DNA of 64,000 bases from contig NC_042999.1 of the NCBI RefSeq assembly GCF_006345805.1, forward strand, positions 100,006,001 through 100,070,000, in the 5' to 3' direction. The notes below the pieces were generated by a model that was given only the letters and a program-made list of their open reading frames with translations, made no database searches and had not been told where the DNA came from. This DNA comes from Octopus sinensis. Taxonomy: Eukaryota. Position numbers and translations under genes: made by a program. Shown piece after piece: positions 1 through 13,020 of this stretch (positions are counted from its first letter, which is position 1; every line of letters begins with the position of its first letter).

Positions 1-132
1 ACAAACAAAATTTTAAACTCTCAAAAACACGACAATGCTCCTCCTGGGGATCCTGTGTGGCCTTGTTGGTTCGAATATCTTTAGGACTTGTCTCTTCTGC
101 CCCTTGTTTATAATATATTTTCTTTCTCACCC

Positions 133-478
133 CTAACGTGACCTTTCGCCTATACTCCGATAAAAGCAAGGATTCTGTGTAATTGTAGATAGCTCTGACT
201 TCCATTCCTGTGTTTTATGCCCGAAATTAAAAGAAAAGCCCAATGCCCTTCCCGGGGAATAGGCACATACGCCGTTTCCTGGACTCTGTGGATTACATAT
301 ATACACATACACACAACCCAGGACGGGATGTGAGTCCATCACAGGATTACTCACTTTTGCCAACTGCTGCTGAGTGAACTGGAATGGCAGTAAAATGAAA
401 CGTTTTCATCAAGAATACAAGGCGACGCTCAGTGAAGGAATCGAAACCATAACCTCACACTTATGATCGCAGTACTGT
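133..478 (-). mobile_element. Degenerate tRNA-derived SINE
   Basis: The reverse complement has a B-box-like GGTTTCGATTCC, then a core (cattttactgccattccagttcactcagcagcagttggcaaaagtgagt) resembling the cores of the SINEs at 1360-1592 and 33185-33433. Confidence 0.6.
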
Positions 479-1359
479 GTTTTCTAGCTCAAAATTGAAA
501 AAGATGACAGGGTTACATTCAACAGTTCTTTTGTTGTATTAAAACCCCTGTCATTCTTGTTGGCAATATAAATATTTTTCTCTGCTTCCTCAGATAGATG
601 TTACGTGCTGTGCCTCGCCCATATTAGGTCTTTCTCCAGCAAAAGTTCATGTTAAAATATGTTGCAATGCTTAGTTCGCCGGTGAATATGCATCACTTTT
701 CATTTAGCATGCAGTTTACTGACAATCTTTCCACTCCAGTTATTCTCATTCGTATGCCGTTTTCTTTTGTTTTAGTTCAGCATTTATATGTTCCGCTTCA
801 ATAAAATTCCCATTCTCTTCTTCTACTAACGAACTGTGTTTTTTTCCTTTATTTTGTTTGGTGTAGCTCGGATATTTCGGAACCAGTTTTCTGTATGAAG
901 CAAATGTATCTTTAAATGTTTGTGTGTGTGTATGCGTGTGTGTGTGTGTTCGTGTGTTTATCTTTGAATGTATATACATGTATATCCATATATACAAAAA
1001 GGATATATACATACATATGCATGTGTCTGTGCATATGTGTGTATTTATCTATGTGTGTGGGTATTTGTGTGTGTGTGTATTTATACATGTATTTATATAT
1101 ACGTAGTGAAATGTTATAGGCTTTGGGTAAAGAAAATACTGCCGAATCAGTTATGATTTTTTAAAAATATATTCACACACTTATTGCAGCAATCCTTCAG
1201 TCCTTCCAGCCAGGCCCTTCCCGATACCCTTAAAACCAGAAACTTTTCATCACACTCTCGTGTATGCACACACACACACGTGTATATATATAAATACGAT
1301 GGGCTCTCCTGTCGAAAACGACGAATGTGTGTTCTGCTTTTTTTTTGCCGAATGACCCG

Positions 1360-1588
1360 CACAAATTAATTGTTTATAGTGGGCAAATGCTTGTGCCGCA
1401 CATTAGCTCACTCCGTCCCATTAAAACGAGATTGTCTGAACAGGTACACGGTGTACCACGCTTCAAGTGATCGTAGAGCAGCATGAGATGACATTTTTGC
1501 TCAAGAGATCACAACGTACCGACCGGTCTAGGAATTGAAACCACGACCACGCGATTGTGAGTCCAACATCCTAACCACTTGGCCATTC

Positions 1589-1592
<4 letters not shown>
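1360..1592 (-). mobile_element. tRNA-derived SINE
   Basis: The reverse complement begins with A box TGGCCAAGTGGTTAGG and B box GGTTTCAATTCC, then tgtgatctcttgagcaaaaatgtcatctcatgctgctc. Confidence 0.75.
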
Positions 1593-1628
<36 letters not shown>

Positions 1629-1652
1629 TATATATATATATATATATATATA

Positions 1653-1981
1653 CGTGGCACCTTGGGCAAGTGTCTTCCACTATAGCCTCGGGCTGACAAA
1701 AGCCTTGTGAGTGGATTTGGTAGACAGAAACTAAAAGAAGACCGTTGAATATATGTCTGTGGGGGGGTTGTATGTTAGCCTGACTTTGTCCCACCACCAC
1801 TACAATCGCTTGACAACCGATGTTGATGTGCTTACGTCCCCGTAACTTAGCGGTTCGGCAAAAGACACCGATAGGATCAGTACTAAGCTTACAAAGAATA
1901 AGTTCTGAGGTTGATTTGTTCGACTAAAGGCGGTGCTCCAGCATGACCACAATCAAATGACTGGAACAAATAAAAGATAAA
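1653..1981 (+). mobile_element. SINE, 5'-truncated (family with internal microsatellite and ggcggtgctccagcatg tail)
   Basis: Colinear with 13638-14020 and 59581-60008: gtggcaccttgggcaagtg...cgcttgacaaccg...ccccgtaacttagcggttcggcaaa...ggcggtgctccagcatg, ending in an A-rich tail. Confidence 0.85.
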
Positions 1982-2030
1982 ATATATAAGAATACACACA
2001 CGCACACACAAACACAAATATATACACACA

Positions 2031-2063
2031 CAAGGGGTTACTGAAAAGTGCCTGGCCTTAAGG
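2031..2063 (+). mobile_element. Solo mariner-type terminal inverted repeat remnant
   Basis: caaggggttactgaaaagtgcctggccttaagg resembles mariner CGAGGGG...GAAAAGT termini; no partner end was found. Confidence 0.45.
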
Positions 2064-2109
2064 TTATATATAAATCTTAGAGGGCCATGTTCCAAACATC
2101 GGCATTAGA

Positions 2110-2445
2110 GAGAATTTGATGAAGAAACTGATAAACATTGCCAGCTTCTAAATATGCCACCTTCGAAATCACGAGCAAAATCACTATTGTACTAGATTTT
2201 TATTTGAAATTTCTTAATTGCTCAACTGCCAAACTGAAGAGATCAGAAATCTAAAAATGATATCTACTGAAACATTCAAAAATCATTAGATAAACACCTA
2301 ACGAAGATAACAGAGCAGTCAGACTATTCAAAGATTCACTCAGGGGAGATCAACTGCTACAACCTCAATCATAGGCCAACTTACAGTCATAAAACGAGGA
2401 CAAAACTGAAAGAAAATAACTTCAGTCGGTGATCCAGTATGGCTT
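2110..2445 (+). mobile_element. Decayed LINE 3' end (CR1/L2-group ORF2 C-terminus plus 3' UTR)
   Basis: With one frameshift it reads LNCQTEEIRNLKMISTETFKN-LDKHLTKITEQ, matching the FN.LP..IRN...FK..LDK.L..IPD.P type C-terminus of CR1/L2-group ORF2. Confidence 0.6.
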
Positions 2446-4047
2446 CATATTGCTTTAGGTGGCCTAAGGAACCACATGAGAAGTCACCAGTTGAAGTGAG
2501 TAAATTGTTGATATTGGCTAATGGTAGTAATGATAATGTGAGTGTACTGTTGATTGTCTATTTGGTTGGATGTTTTTTGCCAGTTTTCTTTTCATTGATG
2601 ATATATATGAGGAAATTATGAAAACAATTGGCAAGGTTTAAACACCAACTGAAATTTTATGAATGATCAAACTGGACAAAATGCGAAGTATCAAGAACGA
2701 TTCTTCTTTTTCTTTGTCTCTTCCCCTTTCCCTCATGAAGATGCCCATGAAAAACGAACTTTCACATTGTGGCCTGACCAGTACTTTAGCTTCCTTCTGT
2801 AGAAGTGACAAGGAAAGATAATTTCACATACTATATCGGAGATAACTCACACATTCCAGCAGCTGAATATAAATTTAAAACAAATTGTAGCTCTTTGAAA
2901 TTTAAATCTCATCAAATTGGAAGAGTAGGATTATTAATCGTAAGATTTGCAGACTTTACCAGACTTTTTATGTCGATGGAGTAGCAGTTTCGAGTGTTTG
3001 TAATTTCTAGAGAAAACTGGCTAAAATATTGGAAGATGTTTAGTAAATAAGGTAGAGATGCTATAACGAGAGCATTAGAAGGGGAGCAGTTGTATGTTGG
3101 TGAAAATCATAGTGCAAGTCAACTACATCTGAAACAACTAAAGTTGATGAATGGAAATGCGTAGGAACACATTACTTCAATGGGCTAGTGGTTGCTTTTT
3201 ATCTAACTGAATTGCTGTACAAGAATGTAGTCAACTTATGTAAGCAATATTCTGTTGTATTTCAAACGAGACATTGTTATTAATGATGTCGAAAGCTTTA
3301 GAACGAGATGTAGCCCTTAGCAATTCGATAGCAAAAGCTAATATATTTTGTTAGATTATTAGAAAATAAAACAGAAACGTCGATGAGATGAATATATATT
3401 TTCTTTTGCTTAATTAGCAAGGTGAAATGACAACATTATACATTATATGTACTAATAAAAGACAAGAAAGAGGAACAAGTCTATTTATTGTCCCATTCGT
3501 TTGTCTTTCTTTATCTGAAAATGTTATTCGATATGTCTAACATGATTTACGTTGAAAAAGTTAGCATCTTTTTAGTTCATAATGGTATTATAACATCCTT
3601 TTATAAAACTTTCCAAAATTCGACGGCAAATAATACAAAATAAGTTGCCATTTGATTTTCTTTTTGTAAACAATTTTAACATGCGTGAAATTAAATGCTT
3701 GATTCGATATTGTCGTTTACTTAGGAAAGTAACATAAAGCCTGATCTAACGATAAATACATGCGCACTCAAACGGGCATATATACTGACATACAAACACA
3801 CATATTCTGGTCAGTAGGTTTATGAACTTCATAGAAGCGTCACATAGTGCAGATGGAAACCCAAGAAGCCGTACGAAAAGATATTGTTAAGCATGAAGTA
3901 CTAATATTACAATGTAAAGTGACGTAAGAAACTATAGTGAAATCAAGGAACTTGATGTATACGCAGAATATTTTATCCAACATTTAGTTCAATTTGGCAT
4001 TGTTGGTGGCATTGTTAAACTTAATGGAAATGCATGTGTCTTATGTA

Positions 4048-5345
4048 AGGAAAGAGTGACCATGTAGTATTGATCATCAGCTTGTCTTATGCATACCAAG
4101 AAACAGGAAAGAAGGAATATTTCAACTTTACAAAGGCAAACATAGAAGAGATGAGAAAAGACCTGGAAAATATCAGATGGGTGGATGAGCTGAAATTTCT
4201 ATCAGTTGGGGAGGTATAGGAAAAGCTGCGCAAGGAATTGGACAGAGTAACAGAGAAATATGTACCAAAGATGGGAGGCTCAAGAACAAGAAGGAAGAAG
4301 TAGCTCAATAGAGATACACTTAGAACAGTGCGGCAGAAGCACAAACTGTATAGACCAAGAATATGCAAGATTATCAGGCTTATATCAGGACCAGAAATAA
4401 AGCGACAAATGCATGCCGTAAAGCAAAGAAGAAATTAGAGAAAATGGTAGCAACACAAGCCAAGAAAAGCCCGAAGTCATTTTGGTCATACGTGAAGTCC
4501 AGAGCCACGTTAGGTTATTTGCTGACGGCACAAAGATCTTCGCAAGGAATGACGTTGATATGACCATGGCAACGCTGCAAGACGACCTGGATCGCCTCCA
4601 CGAGTGGTCGACGAACTGGCAAATGCGGTTCCATCCCGAGAAGTGTTCCGTCTTGAGTGTAGGGAACACGAACACGAACAGGAAATACTGCACGAGAGGT
4701 CAGGATTCACAGGAGGAACGAAATGTGGTGGAGCTAGCTGAAAGTGGGGTGGAGGGGATCTTGATGTCATGATCAACAAAGGGCTGACCTTCAGCAACCA
4801 CATAAACCAAGCAACTGCAAAAGGAAATCGAATCCTTGGAGTCATCCGACGATCATTTGACTTCATCACCCCTGTTATCTTCATCCAGCTGTACAAGTCT
4901 CTAGTTCACCCGATTCTTGAATATGGACACACAATTTGGCAACCCGGACATGAGGCAGTGTGTTGTGAGTTGGAGAATGTTCAGAGGCGTGTCACCAAAC
5001 TCATTGCATCCTTGAAAGAAAAGCCATACCTAGAGCGCCTGGCTGCACTAAACCTGCCTAGTCTCGAATATCGCCGTCACAGAGGGGATATGATCAACAT
5101 GTATAAGTATACGGACGGCCTATAACTGACCAATCGCCCCCAATTTGACTACTTTTAAGGCAGAAATACGAGAAGACACTGCAGGCTCAACATTAGAAGC
5201 TGCTTTTTCGTACAGCGTGTGACCGCCACCTGGAACAGTCTGCGAAACAGTGTGGTCGTAGCTCCATCAGTCAGTGCCTTCAAGAACAGGCTTGACGCAT
5301 ACTGGAGGGAGCTTCCTGCAAAATTTGATCCTCTCTGTTACTATT
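4048..5345 (+). mobile_element. CR1-type LINE ORF2 relic, 5'-truncated and internally deleted
   Basis: Motifs in order: GKSDHVVL (end of APE domain), FNFTKANIEEMRKDL, KKSPKSFWSYVKSR, VRLFADGTKIF (degenerate FADD), LQDDLDRLHEWSTNWQMRFHPEKC, LYKSLVHPILEY, LENVQRRVTKLI, LNLPSLEYRRHRGDMI, WNSL...SAFKNRLD. Several stops and frameshifts. Confidence 0.93.
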
Positions 5346-6634
5346 AGCTGCAACTGTCGAAGTGTTGTACCACACAGGACAAATTAATTGCTCTAGTGGA
5401 AAAGGACCTGTGAACAAACTGCTAGGAGCTTTAACACGGAAACCATCCAGTAATCCAGTAAAATCTCAGTGTAGTCCATTTTGCGAAAACTCATCGGAAA
5501 TTCGGAGTTCTTGATATTTCTTCTGGAAGTTCTTTTTTCGTTAGAGTAGATGATATAATGCTACAACACGCAAAAGTGTTAGAGGTACTACAAGTAATTA
5601 CTAGACTCTACATAATACAATCAAACAAAGTAGTTTTTTACCCTTGGGATTGTATTGGGGTGGGATTGTGCATAAAGCTGAAATAAATGGGACATTGTTA
5701 CTCATCACATATTTAATCAAGATTTTGTAAGAATTTGAAAATTCATTTTAAAGTATTGTATCCCATTATTGTCTATAATAATCAAAGGTGGACTTAAACA
5801 ATTACTGAAGAAGGAAATAATTTTATCTTTATTTTTGCCCAGTAAAAGACACTTTATGCTGACATAGGAAAAATCTTTCAATTCTTCTACAAGAGAAGTA
5901 TTTTCTCTTTCATGGGAATCTGGGAACCTACTTTTTTTTACTAAAAATAGATGCCAAAACATGCTTAAAGTGTATTTAATCCTCAATTATTTTGTGTATC
6001 CCTTAGATGACGGTCTTAATCGAAAACAGCGATGTAAAATGAAAAATATAAAGAGAATAAAACAAAATGAAGTGTATTTAGTCTGCACTTATAAACTGCT
6101 CTTTCTCATTCAGTGTAAGTTACAGCAAATGAAACAAATAATAATTAGAAATTCTTCATTATTTTCAAACTGCTGATTTATTTCAATTTATGACTTCAGA
6201 AATCACAGTGCGTAGGGTAGCTTCCTATGCGGAACATATTTGCGAAAGAATGAATTTTCTTTGCTGATTACGACAAACATCTCAAGTGTATTTCTTTTTT
6301 TCTTTCTTTTTTTTTTTTTGGCATATATACTATAAACAACTCAACAAATTACATTTTATTTTGGGACCGAAATTTTAAAAATTACAAAACATAAATATAC
6401 AGAGAAGTGTGAAAAACAAATGTTAACATAGTAAAAGTAAATTACATTGACAATGTTATGTATATTATTTTTTTCCTAATGATTACACAGGATACATTGC
6501 ACCAGCCTTTCTTCTTCACATTACCACATATACGCTAACTTCGGTTCGTATCACATTTTGTTTCATGTTTTCACAAACACATCCGCACGCACACACACAC
6601 ATACATACACATACATGCATACAAACATGCACAG

Positions 6635-6696
<62 letters not shown>

Positions 6697-7946
6697 TTCT
6701 TGATGAAAAACTCATGCAACTGCTTATTGGCATCTTCTCCGTTATTAATTTCTGCTTCTTTGGAAGCTTTTTACCCATCTATACAAAGCCGGTCATCATT
6801 AGATAATTACTGTATAACAGGCTGAGCATTTTATGAACATTTGTACAAACAACTTCCTCAAAAACAAATTATATCGAAGAGTGTTTATTACTTTTTTTTC
6901 AGCAACACCTTGCTCTATACAAAGAAATCCTTTGAAATCACAAGAGCATTGCATTAACAAAATTTGTCAGATATTCATGATCAATCAGCTTCAGATCAAG
7001 AAGCAGTAGTCGTCTCTTAATGCAAACTCACAAGCACATAGCAGCTTTTTTGCTTAACCACATTCTTCAATGGCTCCAGAAAATTCAATTTCATGTTAAA
7101 GAAAATTATATACTTGTATTTAAGAGGGGAAGAAAACACCTACGTTGAACACAAAGCATTGCACCCGATCAATCTGAGGAGTCGCAAATGCACGATAATT
7201 AGTGTGTAATTGTTAATTTTTAGCGGCGGAAGCTAATCTTTATATCCAATTTAGCATGGATGTTTTGTTATATCCAACATAACATGAATTGAGAGATTCA
7301 TTCATAAAGGCACTCGATGCAGAAAAGCCAACGCATTGATCGTTGTGGAAGTGAATCGTCTGTCAAACACGCCGAAAGCCCACTATCACGTGATTTTATG
7401 ACAGACGATTTTCGGTGAGGGTGTCTTTTTATGCACCAATTGCTTATATGAGTAGATCTCACAATGCTCTCTGTTTGATTATCGAAGATATATTCATATC
7501 ATCAAGTCAGGTGACCTCTATAGTTTATCTTGCTTATTCCAGCGCCAATATCCAGCCTGTTATATATTTGCACTTGGTAAACGTTTTAATGGGAAGGTTC
7601 CAGCGATAATTCATGTGTTGTTTAACAACAGAGAATTCTCTATATTTATTCAAGGACAAACTTTTTCGCAACGGATTCTTTTAGTGACAGCGTCATTTCG
7701 CATTGGAAATTAGTACCTTGATGACGGTTGATCACGTGTGATGACTTCCACAGAAGTATGACACAATTTGCATATTCGGCTGCATTTTGGAGCTCCAACA
7801 GCTTCAATGACTCTTTTATCTACTAGATATTTTGTAACAATCAACTATTCTTGGATAGTAAATGCATACACGTTTAAGTGTAACATGATGTAGTGGTCAC
7901 GAGTTCAGGAATAATGCACTCCATATCAGTATTATTGTTGCCTTTA

Positions 7947-8161
7947 GGTCGGTGAGCGGGCAGAATCGTTAGAATGCCGGGCAAAATACTTGGCAGCATT
8001 TCGTCTGTCTTTAGGTTCTGAGTTCAAAATCTTCCGAGGTTGACCTTGCTTTTCATTCTCTTGGGGTCGATAAACTAAGTACCAGTCAAGCACTGGGGTC
8101 GTTGCAATTGACTTACCCATCCCCTGAAATTGCTTGCCTTGTGCCAAAATTTGAAATCAAT
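7947..8161 (+). mobile_element. tRNA-headed SINE (GTCGAC...TTTCATCC...GGGGTCGATAAA...GTACCAG core family)
   Basis: Head ggtcggtgagcgggcagaatcgttag, B box gagttcaaaatc, core gaccttgcttttcattctcttggggtcgataaactaagtaccag, tail ggccttgtgccaaaatttgaaa. More than 12 copies lie in this window. Confidence 0.88.
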
Positions 8162-8169
8162 ATTACTGT

Positions 8170-9035
8170 TGCCTTCAAGTCTTCTGTAAACATATTCATA
8201 TTTAGTTTTTCCTTGACGTACATAGCGTTTCGCAACATGGTTTTCTTTGAGATATTTTTGTCCAAATGTTTTGGGATCGCATTGGAGGTCGTCAGAAAGA
8301 AGTGCTGCTTCAGAAGCTCACTGCCAACATGTAAGATGTGGTTTCATTAACTTTTCAGATTTATGTATCTATATTTACTGCTGTTCTTTAGTAGATGTTG
8401 TGTGAAAGAGACTATACGACATTCGAAAGATCTCTGCACTGATCTCAAGCCTTTAGCTTATTCATCTCTTCATAGTTAGAGCCTGTCCATATCACTGTTT
8501 ATGCGAAAGTTTGCAGTTGATATTAGGATCTTGTGAGTTTTTTATGCTAATGGAGTGGATTTCTTTTGCGCAGCAGTCAAGTGTCCCAAATGTTGGAATC
8601 AACACTGGTACTATTCTAATGCATCACAGGATATTGTCTTGTTGCAAGAGGAAAGATCCAACTGCCATATTTTTCGTGGTCGGATATAATAGTCTCGATT
8701 CACTTCGTTTGTTTTAACATCAACTACATATATGTTTTCTGCAATGCCTAGATATTTTCAAAATTCTTTGTATAGTGTAGGGAAAATAGGAGGACCGTTT
8801 ATGCAGAGGTTTGGTGATTGAGGTACTCATATTCTGTTTAAGAACCAAATACTAACATTTGGAGGGACCAAGTTCCATTCCCATATCAGTTGAAATTGTT
8901 GTAATTCATTCTAATTGATTTTTGGCATTAACCTTTTTAGTACAGATTGTTTTTTCACCCACAAATAAATTATGGGTTCTAGTAGTTGCACACCCAACCA
9001 TGAATCCACTGGATTTTTGTAGCAGGAATGATAAT
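8170..9035 (-). mobile_element. R4/Dong-clade non-LTR retrotransposon RT fragment (decayed)
   Basis: The minus strand reads SFLLQKSSGF...THNLFVGEK (degenerate THxLFVDDLK), ITTISTDMGMELGPSKC, KYLGIAEN, VPVLIPTFG, KTHKILISTANFRINSDMDRL...GLRSVQRSFECRIVS, with stops. Confidence 0.82.
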
Positions 9036-9264
9036 ATATCTAATACCATAATGTGTGTATGTGCTTATGTATGTACGTATGTAAATATAATTCATATTTA
9101 TAGATGCTGACAAAATAATAACTGTTTCGCCCTGAGATTTTTAAAACATGCACGTTTATCATTACAGATAGAAGTGATTAATAACTATCATAATCAATTC
9201 TGCAATAAATCGACTTCTGTTCCTTGTAACTAGTTCGGAATCCCAATTGTTCCTGATTGTGTGC

Positions 9265-9311
<47 letters not shown>

Positions 9312-11120
9312 TGAGTATATGTGTGTGCGCATGTGCGTGTACAGCTCTGCTACCTTTCAAATACTTTTATTATGACAGTGTAGGGCAAATAAGGCCTTTC
9401 AATTTTTAGTTCATTAGAAAGTACATATAAAAAAATATTTTTAAGTTAACAAATGAAAACAAAAAAGATAGGAAGTGTTATTGGAATATTGAGCGATGTT
9501 AAATGATCTTAATGAAAATGCAAATATCAACGATGTAATATAAAAATGTTATGTCCACATGCAAATATTAATATTTAACAAACAAGAATGGAATAACAAT
9601 ATTGTTTTAAGTAGAAATATATTAAATAGCATTTTTAAAGATGACATTAATGTTGAATTCTTCTTCAAAGGGGTGGATCTTGAAACAAATCTGTAAAAGT
9701 CTTAATGCAAATTTTTAAGCAATGCTACGAATATTTTTATATTACTTTTCTTCAAATCGGTTTCGTTTACATCTACTTGAATTTGATAACTATCATAAGT
9801 GAGATGAACATTTAAATCCACCATCAACATAAGAAGGCAACTGTTTTTTTTTTTTGTTCTTAAGTCACCACTAGAAAATTATAGAACTATTGTGCTTTAA
9901 AGCGATTTATGAAGCGAACGAAAGGCTATTAAAATCCAGAGTTATTGAGTTTTTATTGAATTCCAAAGTTTGAGTCGGTGCAAAATCAGCTCATTTGTTT
10001 CTGCTTATTAATGAAAATCATCTGGTAAATAACGAAACAGAGCCTGTAAGAGATTGTCTTTCTGAACGTACTTATTATTCACATACAATTAGTAAGGAAA
10101 ATTTATATTTACGTTGATAGATCATTATGAATAATAATCAGATTACTATAATTACTGTTCAAAAAATACTTTGGTAATCAAACAAATAAATATCATCGTA
10201 ATATTTGTGTTTATCACCTGATTCATCATTAAACACGACTTCATTCGGGTAATAATTGCGAATTGTTTTTATAAGTAAGTGATATGCATTATTTTCCTTG
10301 CACTTGCCACTATATAAACAGCCTTCAACATAAGAAATTAACTATTTATATATATTGTATTTTAGATCCAACGTATGTGGATAAAACTGCATGCTAAAAA
10401 TATAGCGGATGCTTTGTGTAGAATTCGAGTTTGACAAAAATAACGTTCCTCAAATACCATGTGATTACTTTATCTTAAATATACCTAAACACATTATATA
10501 CGTTTCTAGTTATACAATATTTTCAATGGAATTTATATTTAGAAAATAACCGGATGATTCATGACTGTTATTACCATCTAAATTTCACTTGCCATATCAA
10601 GATATAACCTCTGTGACGCCAATAAAACTTTTGATCTTTTTCTTCACAGTTTTTATACACCCACGCTTACCATACATTGCATTGGAAAGTAAATACGTTT
10701 TACTTTCGAAGTCTTATAAATAATTGAAGAGAAATAACAAATGGAAGTACAAGCTGAAAAGCAAGAACTACTTGCTTGTAAGAAAAATTAAAATATATCG
10801 TTTCAAAGAAGATGCCAATAAGCAGTTGCATGAGACTTTCATCAGTCTGTTTTTAAGCAATATTGTTTGTAGCTTTTTTAATAAAATTTTGCATGTTTCA
10901 TAATGCAATAAACGGTACTTATACATAATCTCTCCATTCCCTTTCACCATAGCCGTATGTATCTATGCATGAATCAAACATTTATACAGATTCACCATTG
11001 TCGTATATGTAGTGCAGTATCTTCAAATACACATGAAACTATCTCAATATATATTTAATACCATTTTAGTGTTTACTATTCACCGCCTCTACACACATAC
11101 TTAAATGCATATACATTTTC

Positions 11121-11123
<3 letters not shown>

Positions 11124-11180
<57 letters not shown>
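11124..11180. repeat. (TA)n microsatellite
   Basis: Uninterrupted TA run. Confidence 0.98.
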
Positions 11181-11183
<3 letters not shown>

Positions 11184-11519
11184 GAAATGTACATGTGTAC
11201 AGGGACGTTGTTCTTAGATTAAAGAATAAGACATAAGGCAACATATGTTTCTTAATGCTATTCAAAGATTTAATAGAACTTATTGTTTCAACTTAAGCAA
11301 TTCATCTCTGTTAACATAATCTGTAATACAAATGTTTGTAGAAACGAGTTTCTTCACTCTTTACAATTTCTTTATCATTTATCATTTTCCTAAAATGTGC
11401 CTGTTTTCTCTTTTGCATTCATATATACATGTACATTATATATGTATTTATTACTTGTCGAGATGAGAGTAAGCACTGCCAATAATATTTGGTGCTCTGA
11501 AATGGATAATTTTGTTGTT

Positions 11520-11990
11520 GTTAAATGTTCTATTTAAATCAATGCAGATTAACGCCTGCAAGAAAGAAACGAGCAGGGAGAAGGATTCCAGAGGGCCGAT
11601 ATTCTAGACAGAAACGATAGGGTGTAGTGATAAATGCGCGGCCAGGATCGTTGAACACAACATGTTTGGCGAAAAGTCGGAGGAATAAGGGGCCTATAGT
11701 CATTGAGATTTGTAGGAGGTACAAGCACAAAGATCATTATAGTAATGATAGCAATACAGAGAGTGATGGAAGGCATAAACTATATCATGTATTTTATTAA
11801 TGTAATGCCAATCAATCGAATGGTCTTTTGTGGATGTCCGTAAGCACAGTGGTAGTATCGGCCCAGGTGTACGAACAGTGCTTTTTACTGCGTTGCATTT
11901 GAGCGTACTTGTGGAGTTCAGCATCTTTGAGGGACTAAAACATTTTCTGTCGTTAAACTGGATGACCAGTCTCTCAGACTTTATATAAAT
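11520..11990 (-). mobile_element. Decayed LINE 3' fragment (CR1/Jockey-group RT C-terminus)
   Basis: With frameshifts the minus strand reads RKCFSPSKML..., HCSYTWAD..., VPP..., HYTLSFLSRISALWNPSP, resembling the LYKAQ.RP..EYCSH.W and SF..RT..LWN.LP motifs. Confidence 0.6.
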
Positions 11991-12457
11991 GATAGCAATA
12001 TAAATGATATGCTTTCGTCAAGGATTTTAAATGTGTGTCATTGATCTTTAGTGTGTGTTTCGTTGATATGAATGGCATTTGAGTTATAATTTTAAATATT
12101 TGCTGTTAAAAGATACGACTGGCGTATCTTTTGGAAGGTTGATTTAATTGTTTTTTTTCATATAATCATAGACATATATGTAGACACAAATACTCACTAT
12201 AATTTAGGGAAGAACTTGAGTTTGATTCTAATGAATGGAATTGATATGAACACAATCCAGTACGTCAATGAATTTTTGGTGCCACAAAAGAATGCAACAT
12301 ACAAAATACGCGAAACGTTCGGGTTTTCTATCATAATCACTTATTCTAGGTCTTCTTTAAATACAGAGTGTTCTCTCTATTTTCCGATTAATACTAATAT
12401 AGGAATAATATATTTACATTCTTATTCAACTCACTGTCATGCACACACGCACGCACG

Positions 12458-12511
<54 letters not shown>

Positions 12512-12927
12512 CGTAGAATTTTTTGCGTAATAAGATAAAAACAAACAAGGCTGTATAGATATCAAAGCATTTATAGACAGGTCTTACAGCTATTTCTTGG
12601 ATATTAATTAATAATATCCCTTCATCGGAGACGGTGTGAGTGGAAAAATTAAGTCAGAGTTAGTTTCGATGTGATACAAATAGAGAGTGAGGTGGCGGAA
12701 AGTTAATAGATGTAATTTATGTATGGGTATTGAATTTGTAAATCCGTTTTATAGGCATAATAGTATATATGCAATATTCCAATATCCTTTGAGTAAAATC
12801 CGAAAGACCAACATAGTTTAATATGAGTCCTTCCAAATATAGAATTTATAAGCAATGTAAAATTCCCTTATGAGAGAGATCCACCAGATTTTTTAACTTG
12901 GTCATTCTCAGTAGGGAATTTATATAC

Positions 12928-13003
<76 letters not shown>

Positions 13004-13020
13004 ATAGTAGTAGTAGTAGT
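12928..13020. repeat. (AGT)n trinucleotide microsatellite
   Basis: About 30 AGT units; this is the source of the poly-Leu ORF. Confidence 0.98.

Noticed and set aside
4482-5125. Active reverse transcriptase gene
   Set aside because: The catalytic motif is FADG rather than FADD, most of the RT core is deleted, and there are multiple frameshifts.
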